Part shown: positions 9,521 through 19,014 of the stretch, in pieces
Numbering within the stretch: the first letter of the stretch is position 1
Layout of the letters: each line of letters starts with the position of its first letter
From: a virus
Virus record (IMG/VR): IMGVR_UViG_3300017971_000034
Span: 6,822-70,821 of that record
Length of the DNA: 64,000 nt
Reading direction: 5' to 3' (one strand)
The notes under the pieces: model-generated
What the model was told of the DNA's origin: nothing
What the model saw: only the letters and a program-made list of their open reading frames with translations
Databases searched by the model: none
Program-made: the position numbers and the translations under genes

Positions 9521-10145
9521 CGCGCACCACCAACCGCGCCTTACCGATCCCAACCCCCAGGCCGCGCTCCATCTCGGCGAGCGCCGTATAGTACGTCGGG
9601 AACTCCGCCAGGTGGTCGAGCGCGATCTGGGTAGCCGTAGCACGATCCGGGGTATGCTCCAACTCTACCTCTACCCCCATGCGGAGCTGCTCGGGGTCGA
9701 CATCGGCTGCGGTAAGGCCGGCGAGGGTGGCCTTACCGCCGGCGTCCAGCTGCGCGAAGCGGGCGGCCATGCCGTACAGGCACGACTCCAGGTCATCCGT
9801 TGAGATACCCTCGCGCTCGGCGAAATAGTGCACGGCCTCGTCGGGGATACGCTCACCGCCGTACGACAGCAGCAGCACGTAGAGGCGCAACCGCTGCTCG
9901 TCCGTCAGGGTACCCCCCCGACCCCCGGCAGCCTTCACCACGTACCGGCCCCCGCACGGGTCCCACAGGAGCGACCTCGTCAACCCCTTCCTGTCGGCAC
10001 GGCTGCTCTCCCGGCGCAGGATGCGACCCCCCATCTGCCGGTATACGCCCGTTATGTAGGCGTAGTCCCCGGCGCGCCCCGCCTTCCTAGCTATCTCCTT
10101 AGCCTTCTTCCACTTGTCCTCGTCGAGTACCCAGTTAGCCGGCAT
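9504..10145 (-). CDS. DUF5661-like head-module protein
   Basis: DPEQLRMGVEVELEHT..ATQIALDHLAEFPTYYTALAEME. Confidence 0.75.
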   Translation of the reverse strand: MPANWVLDEDKWKKAKEIARKAGRAGDYAYITGVYRQMGGRILRRESSRADRKGLTRSLLWDPCGGRYVVKAAGGRGGTLTDEQRLRLYVLLLSYGGERIPDEAVHYFAEREGISTDDLESCLYGMAARFAQLDAGGKATLAGLTAADVDPEQLRMGVEVELEHTPDRATATQIALDHLAEFPTYYTALAEMERGLGVGIGKARLVVRGAVRS

Positions 10146-10230
10146 ATGGGGTCCCCCCAAGTTAACCAAGGATGTTACCATAGACCGGGCCGCGGCGCCA
10201 GTCTTATATTCTATGGCGGTTACGTAGATA

Positions 10231-10297
10231 CGGGGGGCGGGAAGTCGAACCCCGTCCTGCCCTCAGCATCGGCAGGAGCCGACCACTCGGCCCCCCG
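10231..10297 (-). ncRNA. tRNA-like cloverleaf (degenerate, possibly Ser-GCT derived)
   Basis: CGGGGGG/CCCCCCG acceptor stem, CCGAGTGGTCGG D-like arm, TCCTGCC/GGCAGGA arm, CGGGG-TTCGACT-TCCCG T-arm; intergenic. Confidence 0.6.
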
Positions 10298-10309
10298 GTT
10301 ACCACCACC

Positions 10310-11257
10310 TCATGGTTTCTCTACCGGAGCAGGGGTGTCGAACGGGGAAGGTCGCCCGTTCCCGCCCACGACGCTGTTCACACCCTCGTCGCGTATCGCG
10401 GACCACTTCCAATACGGCGGATCTTGCCCGGACCCGCCATAGTTTAGCGTGCAATCCCTAACCCTGGCCCCTACCGCAGTAGGCACAACCCAAACTGCAC
10501 GCCGCTCCAGATGATCGGGATGCAGCATTCCGCGAACGCTGCATCTCTCGACGACAGCGTGCCTACCACCTATAACGAGACCACCGCCGTTCTCGCCCTG
10601 GTTAGCCTCGAAGTACACGCCGCGCACAGAACAATCACCCCTCACCCCGCCAATACGCAACGACCCCCCATCACAAAAATCAACCACGCCCCCCTCCACA
10701 TGAGCACCCCCCCAACAATCGTCTTCTGGGGAAGGACCTATCTCAAGCCCATACCCGCCGCAGTGCGACACGTGTACCCAACGCACGTTAAGGGCGTTAC
10801 ACCCACGCAACACGATACCGGATCCACCACACTGCGATACTATCAAACGGTTAGCCGTAGCGGTGGCACACACCACAAATTCGATACCAGTATCCTTAGC
10901 CCTCACCACAGACACCCTATCCGCGACAACATGTCCATAGTCTTTATAGGCATAAAGCCCACGACCGGCAAAGTTAGCAGCGTCTATCTTAAGGTTCTCA
11001 ACCTCACCGCGATCTACGTGTACAACAGCTACCCCAGAAAACTCAGAGGTAGCCTGCAGAATAGTCCTATCCCCCACCAACCGCGCATGGTCCCGCACCA
11101 CCACAGGTGTAGACACCTTATAGGTGTGGGGGCCGAGATACACGAACCCACCGACAGGAGCAGCATTTAAAGCTTGCTGAATCGCCACACCCGTTAGTTT
11201 ACTTACGGAAGCGTAACCGGTAGTCGTTTTCCAACCGGGGTACCGATGAACGGCCAT
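10310..11257 (-). CDS. Right-handed beta-helix (pectin-lyase-like) protein
   Basis: AIQQALNAAP.GG.VYLGPHTY N-cap, then repeating GI/GL strands; AT-richer than flanks. Confidence 0.75.
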   Translation of the reverse strand: MAVHRYPGWKTTTGYASVSKLTGVAIQQALNAAPVGGFVYLGPHTYKVSTPVVVRDHARLVGDRTILQATSEFSGVAVVHVDRGEVENLKIDAANFAGRGLYAYKDYGHVVADRVSVVRAKDTGIEFVVCATATANRLIVSQCGGSGIVLRGCNALNVRWVHVSHCGGYGLEIGPSPEDDCWGGAHVEGGVVDFCDGGSLRIGGVRGDCSVRGVYFEANQGENGGGLVIGGRHAVVERCSVRGMLHPDHLERRAVWVVPTAVGARVRDCTLNYGGSGQDPPYWKWSAIRDEGVNSVVGGNGRPSPFDTPAPVEKP

Positions 11258-11261
11258 GACC

Positions 11262-11675
11262 TTACCTAACCGTGAAACGATCACAACCCGAGAAAGGGTC
11301 TTTGATCGCGTTGTCCAAGTCACACTTCACACACCACACATTCGTCCGCCGCCCGTACCGACACCACCAACGGGACGGCAGTTCCCACTCCAGCGGGTCG
11401 CCGTCGTTCCACCAGCCGGGCGGCTCCGAGCGAGCTCGAACTGGCTCACTACCGAAGGTGTTCACACTGAAGCAGCAAGGGAGTACGGACTCGAGGCTCC
11501 CGCAGCTAGCCCCAGCGCACTGCTGCTCCCAGGCGACGTCGCGGCGTTCGGCTATCACCGTCCCGGGATACGAATGCGCTCCCACGCAGAACGTGTTGGC
11601 CGCCGGTGCTCGGCATACCCGTCCGTTCCACCCATCGTCGTGCCACGCGACCCGAGCCGAGACGTGAATAGTCAT
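11262..11675 (-). pseudogene. N-terminal fragment of a large defence-island RecD-like helicase/ATPase
   Basis: SARVAWHDDGWNGRVC..PAANTFCVG.HSYPG resembles the N-terminus of that family (recalled, not searched); no helicase motifs follow. Confidence 0.55.
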
Positions 11676-11683
11676 GGCGAGCC

Positions 11684-11884
11684 TCAGTCATCCCCGAGGC
11701 GCATTCGGGCAACGTCGTAGTACATGAGGAGCTTTTCGTCCTCTTGTGGGTCTCGAAGCTTCTCAGCCAGAAGCGCCAGAAAGTGCTCGCGTCGAGCTTT
11801 GTCGTTCTGGAACGTCATCCCCAGACACTCGACTGGTTCTGCTGCGTGTTCGTCGTCCAGGGAGAGATCGCGCTGGTCGCTCAT
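11684..11884 (-). pseudogene. Internally deleted BREX-3-type (PglXI-like) DNA methyltransferase: N-terminal about 46 aa fused to C-terminal about 20 aa
   Basis: PVECLGMTFQNDKARREHFL..L.EKLRDP joined to QEDEKLLMYYD..RL; GGAG RBS intact. Confidence 0.65.
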
Positions 11885-11925
11885 GACTGCTCCTTCGACT
11901 GCCTTCGCGTGAACCTTTCGAAGGT

Positions 11926-12414
11926 TCACAGTGCCCTTCCCAACACCAGCGCCAGCGGCACAAGTACCGCGGCGGTAATTACCGAGGTAACCGTCGCCAC
12001 GAACCAAGGACGCTCGTACCACGGAACCGACGCCATCTCCGGACACGGCCGCAGGGCGATCTCGCAGCACCTGTCGCCACGCTGGCGCTCGGCACGAAGA
12101 ACCGAATCGGCCAACCTCGAGTCGTTCTCCCGGGCCCGCTTCTCTAACTCCACGCGCTTCCTACACGCGGGAAGATTTGCCTTGACGCACTTCGCCCCCT
12201 CCCGGACCAACTTCTCGGGCCCCAGTACGCCCCCACAGGGAGCTGGTTTACCCGCCTCAGTTCCGTGAAACCGGTCACACTTCTTGGGACCGGGGGTAGC
12301 CGCACCGGCTTCGTGACCGCACAGCGTCAGGAAGAACGCAACGATGAAGATCAGCGCCCAACCAAGCCCCCACAGTAACATCGGGTCGGTTGACTCAGAC
12401 CGCAACCTAGTCAC
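11926..12414 (-). CDS. Membrane/exported protein, possible spanin component
   Basis: Hydrophobic N- and C-terminal segments, Cys-rich; in the lysis region. Confidence 0.45.
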   Translation of the reverse strand: MTRLRSESTDPMLLWGLGWALIFIVAFFLTLCGHEAGAATPGPKKCDRFHGTEAGKPAPCGGVLGPEKLVREGAKCVKANLPACRKRVELEKRARENDSRLADSVLRAERQRGDRCCEIALRPCPEMASVPWYERPWFVATVTSVITAAVLVPLALVLGRAL

Positions 12415-12724
12415 GTTCCCTCCCTCCCCTAGAAAGCCTCATAACCACACGCTCGACCATCGCAACCATCAAGGGTACGGCGGTCGCCTCTCTGGTCGCA
12501 TAACCGAACGCCGGCGCAAGCTCCTCGTAGACCTCGTGGAAGAGCGCGGCCAGCTCCTCGGCGCTCGGCCACAGCGGTTGCGGGGCCCCGTCAACCAGCA
12601 AATGAACCCTACTGTTACGCCACGCGTCCTCAAGCAGGGGGTACCCCCTGCGGTCCTCGTGGGCGTGCCACCCGGCGTGGTAGCCCTCGAAGAAGGCGAC
12701 CTCTACCGCGTCATTCGTTACCAC
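12407..12724 (-). CDS. Hypothetical protein
   Basis: Tightly packed in the operon. Confidence 0.5.
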   Translation of the reverse strand: MVTNDAVEVAFFEGYHAGWHAHEDRRGYPLLEDAWRNSRVHLLVDGAPQPLWPSAEELAALFHEVYEELAPAFGYATREATAVPLMVAMVERVVMRLSRGGRERD

Positions 12725-13370
12725 GGTTCTCCCTCCTCGTTCTCACCATCAGCTTATCCGCGCACTCCTTCGAACACGTTAACCTGGGTCGGTCCGACCT
12801 ACCCTTCAACCGCCCAAAGGTGACCCCGCATACGGCACAATTGGCGACGCCGCCGGCCGGCCGGCGGCGGAACCCCCTAATGTACCTCCTGTTGTAGCAC
12901 CTGGTACACCTACCCCCGCCGTAGTGCGGTCGTTCAACGGTACCGCACTCGACGCATTCATCGTGGTCCCTGGCCCAGTGGTCGGAGGAGAGACCGTACT
13001 TGGGGCCGGCCGACTCGGACGCCAGGTACCCCTCCAGGGCGTCCGCATGCTCCGGATATATCAACCACCGACGCTGCCCACCGTACGGCACGGTACGTAT
13101 GGCGGGCGTACCCATACCAAAACCGCCGCGCAACCTGAGAGCGCGGGCCGCGCGGCGCACCTGATGGTAATCGTAACCGGTACGCCGGCAGAAGCCATTG
13201 AGGCTCTCCGTACCTACGAAGACCGACTTGGTATAGCCGAGGCGCCCCACCTTCTCGCGGCAGGAGGTGACTGAGCGGCCTATAGCTTTAGCTACCTTCG
13301 TCGGTTCGTACACCCCCCACATGGTGAGGAGAAGCCTTACCTCGTCGTCCGTCCAACGCTTACCCGGCAC
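12711..13370 (-). CDS. HTH plus zinc-finger protein
   Basis: WTDDEVRLL Myb/GcrA-like start; several CxxC pairs. Confidence 0.6.
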   Translation of the reverse strand: MPGKRWTDDEVRLLLTMWGVYEPTKVAKAIGRSVTSCREKVGRLGYTKSVFVGTESLNGFCRRTGYDYHQVRRAARALRLRGGFGMGTPAIRTVPYGGQRRWLIYPEHADALEGYLASESAGPKYGLSSDHWARDHDECVECGTVERPHYGGGRCTRCYNRRYIRGFRRRPAGGVANCAVCGVTFGRLKGRSDRPRLTCSKECADKLMVRTRRENRGNE

Positions 13371-13526
13371 TACTATCTCTCCCTACGAAGCCATTGAATA
13401 GCACAATGGCGTCGTTGCCCAGACCCTACGACCCTCGCACCACCCACCTCCCCGCCCGTAAGCCTATCTGGATAGGTGTGCACCGTATGTGGTATAGCCC
13501 CCGGGAGGTTTGCCCATTCCTCGTCT

Positions 13527-14174
13527 CTATTCGCCACCATCATCCATTAACCCCCCAACCGCATTCCAACGCTGCAGGAACCACCAATCGCGCACCAGGC
13601 AGCGGAGGTCCTCGGTCGAAAACCGACCAAGGTCACCGGCCACCTGAGACCACGTTACGGGAACACCAGACACGACCGGTGCCGGTATATTGAGGGACCG
13701 TATTAGCCTCAGTAGATAATCACGGGAACCACCCGGAACCGGCGTCTGGTCATACAGCTCCTCGGCCACGGCGATACCCTTGCGGGCGCGCTCCCTCCAG
13801 TCTTCCCCCAACCCGTAGAGCTCGTTCAGGTCCTCGGCGACCTCGTCAACGTTACCGGCGTGCTCATCCACCCTCTCCAAGACCGTTCGCTCGGCCTCGT
13901 CCACCGCCCGCCGCTCGACCTCCAATTCACGCACGCGCTCCGCGTGCTTCCGGGCGGCCGCAACTGCCGCGAGGCGGGCCTTGGCCTCCACCGCGGCCAC
14001 CTCCCGAGAGCGTACCGCATTCTCGCGCGCGACGTCTCGCTCCCGCTTCGTACGCTGGTGGGAGCGCCATTCCAGCACCCACCCGGCGACCGGTATCAGG
14101 GCAGCCAATATCGGCAACAGATACTTACAGAGCCACCGCCACAGCTTCGCCCAGAAGGTTAGTTTCCCACCCAT
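13527..14174 (-). CDS. N-terminal TM plus coiled-coil protein, i-spanin-like
   Basis: One TM segment then a long Ala/Glu/Arg helix; downstream of endolysin and holin. Confidence 0.5.
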   Translation of the reverse strand: MGGKLTFWAKLWRWLCKYLLPILAALIPVAGWVLEWRSHQRTKRERDVARENAVRSREVAAVEAKARLAAVAAARKHAERVRELEVERRAVDEAERTVLERVDEHAGNVDEVAEDLNELYGLGEDWRERARKGIAVAEELYDQTPVPGGSRDYLLRLIRSLNIPAPVVSGVPVTWSQVAGDLGRFSTEDLRCLVRDWWFLQRWNAVGGLMDDGGE

Positions 14175-14401
14175 CACGGCAACCACCATCCCTTACTCTC
14201 CTGAGCCACGCGCCGGCGGAGGCCCGTTTCGAAGGCCTCGACGACCTCGGCCACGGATACCTCCCCGGTAAACACGGCCTCGGCGATGACCCCGGTCGGT
14301 ATGGTCTTAACGGCGAAGTCATTCCTCCAGATCCGCCCCATCTGCTCCAGTATAGCGTTGCGGCAGACCGCAGCGCCCGGCCGCTTCAGAACTGGGCCCA
14401 T
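14174..14401 (-). CDS. Hypothetical protein
   Basis: GGAGG RBS, directly after a promoter. Confidence 0.55.
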   Translation of the reverse strand: MGPVLKRPGAAVCRNAILEQMGRIWRNDFAVKTIPTGVIAEAVFTGEVSVAEVVEAFETGLRRRVAQESKGWWLP

Positions 14402-14431
14402 AACATCCTCCCACAGCAGCTTCCCGGGGCC

Positions 14432-14461
14432 AAGGTACCCCGACTAACGGCGCCTTGTCAA
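14432..14461 (-). promoter_or_regulatory. sigma70-type promoter
   Basis: TTGACA-N18-TACCTT, intergenic. Confidence 0.6.
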
Positions 14462-14654
14462 GGTAGTTATTATTCAGGCCTAGGAGGCCGCAGGCGGCTC
14501 AGGTAGTAACGGCACGACCTTATGGGGAGGTTGGGAACGTTACCCCGCCACGCGGCGCAGTGGTCCGGACCGTACAGCCGGCGCACCCGGTGGTGGCACG
14601 AGTCGCACAGGGACTCGTGCACGGAATCCCCGACCACGGCTACGAACTTCTCCC

Positions 14655-14861
14655 TCACCGAACGCCGCCACAGACGCACCTGTGCTCGAGTAGTTGACCG
14701 GGGCCACCGCCGCAGCGCGGGCACACGTTGACGCCCTGCTCGATAAGACGCGCCCGGGCAACCGGTACGTAAACCTCCCGCCACCGGCCGTCGAGGTCGT
14801 CAGCCATAGTCGGTCGACCAACCCCATATCTATGCCGAACCCTACTCATCCTTCGGCGCAT
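14655..14861 (-). CDS. Small zinc-finger protein
   Basis: CPRCGG...CVCG; overlaps neighbours. Confidence 0.4.
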   Translation of the reverse strand: MRRRMSRVRHRYGVGRPTMADDLDGRWREVYVPVARARLIEQGVNVCPRCGGGPGQLLEHRCVCGGVR

Positions 14862-15189
14862 CGCTACCCCCGTTGCCCAACCTGTTCCTCGCCCAGCGCT
14901 TCGCTCCCCACACCAGGAAGGTGTTCATAGCACCCCCCAGGGCACCAAGTGTCGCACCGTACTCCCAGCGCCACTCGACGCCCCCGATAAGGGCACCGAC
15001 CACCAGCCCGAACAGCACGGCACCGGACCGGAGTACCAGCGGTTGCCACCTCCACTCCGACGGAACGGCGGCCCTCACCCCACGGGTGAGGGCCCAACTG
15101 ACCGCGGCCGGTACCAGTACGCACAGAGCTACCACGAACCACGGTACGGCCTCCGGTACAACCTCACGGACGGCGTCTAAATTGTTCAC
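14842..15189 (-). CDS. Putative holin
   Basis: About 115 aa, three hydrophobic segments, basic tail; near endolysin. Confidence 0.6.
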   Translation of the reverse strand: MNNLDAVREVVPEAVPWFVVALCVLVPAAVSWALTRGVRAAVPSEWRWQPLVLRSGAVLFGLVVGALIGGVEWRWEYGATLGALGGAMNTFLVWGAKRWARNRLGNGGSDAPKDE

Positions 15190-15190
15190 A

Positions 15191-15454
15191 CTAGGCCTCC
15201 ACCTTAACGACCGGGTACATCCCGGGCAACGTCTCCTGCTCCCCCGTATCCAGCACCGCGTCGGACGGCCCCCGCTCCGCCAACCGCCGCATATGGACGC
15301 AGACATTCTCCAACCGCATGTCGGAGTCCTCCCTACCGCGCCTCTTCATACCGCGGACGGCGTCCGCCAGGTCATCACACGCCACGACCACCTCGCGAAC
15401 GGCGGCCACCAGCAACCTCTGCGAGTGCCGCGACCGGCGCCCCTTTAAAGACAT
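15191..15454 (-). CDS. Hypothetical protein
   Basis: GGAGG RBS, operon packing. Confidence 0.55.
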   Translation of the reverse strand: MSLKGRRSRHSQRLLVAAVREVVVACDDLADAVRGMKRRGREDSDMRLENVCVHMRRLAERGPSDAVLDTGEQETLPGMYPVVKVEA

Positions 15455-15472
15455 ACCCCTACCTCCCCGGCG

Positions 15473-15940
15473 CTACCGCCGGATGTTACGAACGCGCTCG
15501 TCCATCTCCTTGATAGCCTTCTCCAAACGCTCCTGCCCATCCAACGAACGTTCCTGCCCCACCTGTACGTTGTGGTTCAGGTCCCGCAACACCTCCGCCA
15601 GGTTACCTATGGATGTTACCAACGACTTAAGCGCGTCGTCCAAGCGGTCGCGTACGTACCAAATATCCCGTTGCATCGCCAAGATCTCGGCCACATGACC
15701 ACGCACCCGTTCCGCTTTCGCCTCACACCTAACGCCGACCTTCCCGTTCTCACTTACGCTCTTTAAAAGCTCTTCGAGTTCCTTAGACCGGGACCGTTTA
15801 TCGAGCCAGTCCATGACGAGTTTAACCAACAACGCCACGCACGTGATAACCAACACCACGAGAGCGAACGCCTCCCCCGCTGGCGTACCTGGAGACGGTA
15901 TGGCCTCCGTTGGAAGCTTCACGGGGGAGGACGCAAACAC
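15473..15940 (-). CDS. Single-TM coiled-coil protein (lysis accessory/holin-like)
   Basis: FALVVLVITCVALLVKLV then heptad-like helix. Confidence 0.55.
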   Translation of the reverse strand: MFASSPVKLPTEAIPSPGTPAGEAFALVVLVITCVALLVKLVMDWLDKRSRSKELEELLKSVSENGKVGVRCEAKAERVRGHVAEILAMQRDIWYVRDRLDDALKSLVTSIGNLAEVLRDLNHNVQVGQERSLDGQERLEKAIKEMDERVRNIRR

Positions 15941-16164
15941 TAACTGTCCCCTAAAACGACGTCTATTGCAGCCTTAGCACACGCCTCAGCTACCTTACGA
16001 CTACCGGCACCGCCACCCGCCATAGTAGAGCCGCTTCCGTTATCGGCATACCACTCCCAAGGCCATTGACGATGCGCGCAGCGACCGAACACCGTGTACC
16101 TTACCCCGCGATGAACATCGCTGTAGGTTTGGTTGCCAGGATAGAGCTTTTGCTTCTTCACCCC
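15940..16164 (-). CDS. Hypothetical protein
   Basis: GGAGG RBS before GTG; AT-richer. Confidence 0.45.
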   Translation of the reverse strand, partial: GVKKQKLYPGNQTYSDVHRGVRYTVFGRCAHRQWPWEWYADNGSGSTMAGGGAGSRKVAEACAKAAIDVVLGDS

Positions 16165-17165
16165 CCAACCTCCACGCACACCTCGCCAAACGGCTTCGGT
16201 AGGCAGCACAGCTTCTCCAACGACACGCGCGCGGTATCGGTATCGATCTTTCGGCCGCTATTCCACGGCTGCCGCTTAACGACCTGTTTTATCGAGGTCC
16301 TCTCCCAGATCCTGTGCGCCACGTCCTCGGAGGCACCGACCCACAGCGGCCGCGCCGCGAAGAACTCCTTCAGCGAGCGCAGCCGGTACAGCGCCCACCC
16401 GTAACCGTACATCGTCGCCGCACAGGGAAACCCCGCCCCGACCATGCGGCGCTCCAGGTTCTCCACGAACAGGCGCGTCCACCGAGCAGCGGGCCGGCTC
16501 TCCCACGCGTTCGTCTCGAAGTCGACCGCCGGGTACAGGTCCCCGTACCGGAACCCGTTACGCCCATCGTACCCCTCGAGGACCCGGTCGGCGAAGTAAT
16601 CCGACTGCGACAGCGCGTGGTCGTCGCGGCGGGCCGCCTTCGAATACTTGAAGTTGACGAAGTGATAGCCGCCCGTGTGAATAAAGCACGCGTCTTCAGG
16701 GGCGTACCCACGGTCGTCGTTGAACCCCCGCACCAGGTCCTGCCAGGCGGTACGCTTCGACTTCGCAATCTCCGCCTCGGAGAAGGCCACGTAAACGAAC
16801 CGACCGCCCGCCGCGTGGAACGCCCCGATATCGAAGTACTTCGGATCGTTCCAACCCGACACGTCGCACCCGAGGATCTCAACCGGAGGAAAACGAAGAA
16901 GACGACAACGATACGAAAGTACAACCCGCTGCACCAATGCAGTAGGCGGCCTCAGACCGTTAGATAGGGGCGGCTCACCGCGATCTTCCAGGTAACGATT
17001 CAGCGCCGAACGCGTCTCCCTCCCCCAATAACCGTCCGCGCCGTAGCGCGGCAACGAATAGTTCAATGCAATTAGAGCTCTTTGAAGCCCCAATACCGCC
17101 GCCCTACTCATAGGACTATCCTCCCCTCGCGGGGGACAACCCCCCAAAACATCGGGGTCGGCCAC
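16158..17165 (-). CDS. Endolysin: peptidoglycan-binding domain plus GH25 muramidase
   Basis: LQRALIALNY....ADGYWGRET..AL; DVSGWN, GGYHF, PAVDFE, PLWV. Confidence 0.88.
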   Translation of the reverse strand: MADPDVLGGCPPRGEDSPMSRAAVLGLQRALIALNYSLPRYGADGYWGRETRSALNRYLEDRGEPPLSNGLRPPTALVQRVVLSYRCRLLRFPPVEILGCDVSGWNDPKYFDIGAFHAAGGRFVYVAFSEAEIAKSKRTAWQDLVRGFNDDRGYAPEDACFIHTGGYHFVNFKYSKAARRDDHALSQSDYFADRVLEGYDGRNGFRYGDLYPAVDFETNAWESRPAARWTRLFVENLERRMVGAGFPCAATMYGYGWALYRLRSLKEFFAARPLWVGASEDVAHRIWERTSIKQVVKRQPWNSGRKIDTDTARVSLEKLCCLPKPFGEVCVEVGG

Positions 17166-17227
17166 CTACCGCCACGCCTTTCTCCCGAGACCGGTCACGG
17201 AAACCTCGCTGGGCCCACGGACCCCCG

Positions 17228-17256
17228 ATCGTAACCCGGCGGCGCGGCCGCCGCAA
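17228..17256 (-). promoter_or_regulatory. Candidate promoter for the lysis genes
   Basis: TTGCGG-N17-TACGAT, intergenic. Confidence 0.45.
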
Positions 17257-17267
17257 GGGGTATATAT

Positions 17268-17603
17268 CTACGTCGTGCGCAGCCGCGGCGGCAGCACCAG
17301 CCCAGAGCGCCGCTGGCGGTCCCTCCGGGCCCGGGACGAGCGGGCGACCTCCAGGGCGCGGACCCGTTCCTCGACGCCGCCCGCCCAGTCGCGGAGCTGC
17401 AGCAGGACACCGGCCACGCCCTGCAGCTCCGCCGAGAGCCTCTGGGCGGCGCGGTAGGTTAGCATGGCGCAGTAGTCCCCGCGGGACATACCCAGGGAGA
17501 CCCGGTCCGCCTCCCTGGACACCAGGACGCACAGGTTCGGCCAACCGGGGAGCCCGATCCTGTCCCACGCCGGTCGCCGGTCGTCACTTCCCCTATCGTT
17601 CAT
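17268..17603 (-). CDS. Hypothetical protein
   Basis: GGAGG RBS. Confidence 0.55.
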   Translation of the reverse strand: MNDRGSDDRRPAWDRIGLPGWPNLCVLVSREADRVSLGMSRGDYCAMLTYRAAQRLSAELQGVAGVLLQLRDWAGGVEERVRALEVARSSRARRDRQRRSGLVLPPRLRTT

Positions 17604-17870
17604 TTCCCTCCCTCCCGCGGCAAAAGCCGCACGTTACCCGTGCGGGAAACCCTGGAGGAGGCGATCGCGTACCTCGCAATAGAACCAGTCCTCGGACCAC
17701 CCGTGCGAAAAGCAACAGCCCGAGCACGGTATCTCACCAGGTACAGAATCGCGCGTCCCCAGTTCCCCAATCCTATCCGTGGAGCCCCAGGCCCCATCTC
17801 TCTCTTCCCCGGGCGGCACAGCCGCGACCCGAACAAGAAACCGCCCCCGCTTAGTCCGACCGCCACCCCT

Positions 17871-17899
17871 ACCGTAGCTCCGGAGACGCCCCTTGTCAA
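17871..17899 (-). promoter_or_regulatory. sigma70-type promoter
   Basis: TTGACA-N17-TACGGT. Confidence 0.55.
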
Positions 17900-17967
17900 G
17901 GAACAGGGTCGCCCCGCCGCTCCCCGGGGTGGTGGGGGAGGGAGGGGAGCGGGGGTACGACGGTCCA

Positions 17968-18366
17968 CTACGGCGGCGGTACATCGCCGCCGGCCATGGC
18001 CAGGAACACCTTCACGGTGGTGTCGACGGCGTTTACTTCGAGCATAACCGACGTAACCTCGGCCTTCTCGATCAGCAGGACCGCCAACCCGTCATCCTCG
18101 GGGGCCAGGTACAGGGTGGCGGCGTCCAACGTTACGGAGAGGGGACCGTCGCACTCCAGGTACACCAAGCGCGCTTCCTCAACGCCCCCGAGGTAGATCG
18201 GGTAAGACCCGTCGACGTCGGTCAACGTGATCTGGTACGTCGTCGCCTCGTCGAACTCTAGCGTACGCGATACGGCGTCACGCTTGAACACGACCTCGTC
18301 GCCCGCCGCGTCTCGCGTGAGGGCAGCGGTTAACTCGCGTGAATAATACAGGTCGGGACAGGTCAT
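17968..18366 (-). CDS. Hypothetical beta-rich structural protein
   Basis: GAGG RBS; acidic, beta-strand pattern. Confidence 0.6.
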   Translation of the reverse strand: MTCPDLYYSRELTAALTRDAAGDEVVFKRDAVSRTLEFDEATTYQITLTDVDGSYPIYLGGVEEARLVYLECDGPLSVTLDAATLYLAPEDDGLAVLLIEKAEVTSVMLEVNAVDTTVKVFLAMAGGDVPPP

Positions 18367-18437
18367 ACCAACCTCAGCAGGAACCTAATTTCCCGCGCCG
18401 CAAGCCGGATCGTTACCGCGTCACCCACAGTAGCCTC

Positions 18438-18998
18438 TCAGTCCTCGATGGCCAGCGCACCAGCGATAGTAACCGCCGGGTCGGTAGCGTCATAGATGGC
18501 GGCCATGTCTGCCACCGAAAAGGAGACGGCGTCTAACTCCGCCTTGTTGGATGCTGCAGCAACAGCAGCGGCCTTGGTGGCCCTGTATCCCGTTGACTGC
18601 GACGAAATCCACGTGAACAGAGCCCGAACGTAAGCGGCTCGGTTAGTAAGCGACTGATCTACTGCCTCAACATACAATCCAGTAAAGTGCAGACAGCATC
18701 CCGCCCAGTACCGACCGTACCTGTAGTTCTGAACACATTCGTCCAACGCATTCAACTTCTGCGACTTCATCCAGGCCAGGGTAACGGGTTCGTCAACGAT
18801 CGCGGCCAGCGCCGCAAGATCGTCGCCGGTAGCCTCGCTATCGAGCGTCACCTTAACCTTATCCGACGGCAGCAACCAGTCGACAACAACACCGTCACCG
18901 TCCAGCGTATGTTCACCGACCTCCCCATCGTCTATTCGTTTCGCGACAATCGCAGCGTTAGGTGAGTAGGTCGGGTCGAATGCGTGCGTGTACGCCAT
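18438..18998 (-). CDS. Putative fibre assembly/chaperone protein
   Basis: Follows the fibre gene; C-terminal KAAAVAAASNKAELDAV pattern. Confidence 0.55.
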   Translation of the reverse strand: MAYTHAFDPTYSPNAAIVAKRIDDGEVGEHTLDGDGVVVDWLLPSDKVKVTLDSEATGDDLAALAAIVDEPVTLAWMKSQKLNALDECVQNYRYGRYWAGCCLHFTGLYVEAVDQSLTNRAAYVRALFTWISSQSTGYRATKAAAVAAASNKAELDAVSFSVADMAAIYDATDPAVTIAGALAIED

Positions 18999-19014
18999 GC
19001 TATCTATCCTCCCC

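Noticed and set aside
10231-10297. Canonical functional tRNA-Ser
   Set aside because: No U8/9 linker, 9-nt anticodon loop, no long variable arm, no CCA; kept only as tRNA-like.
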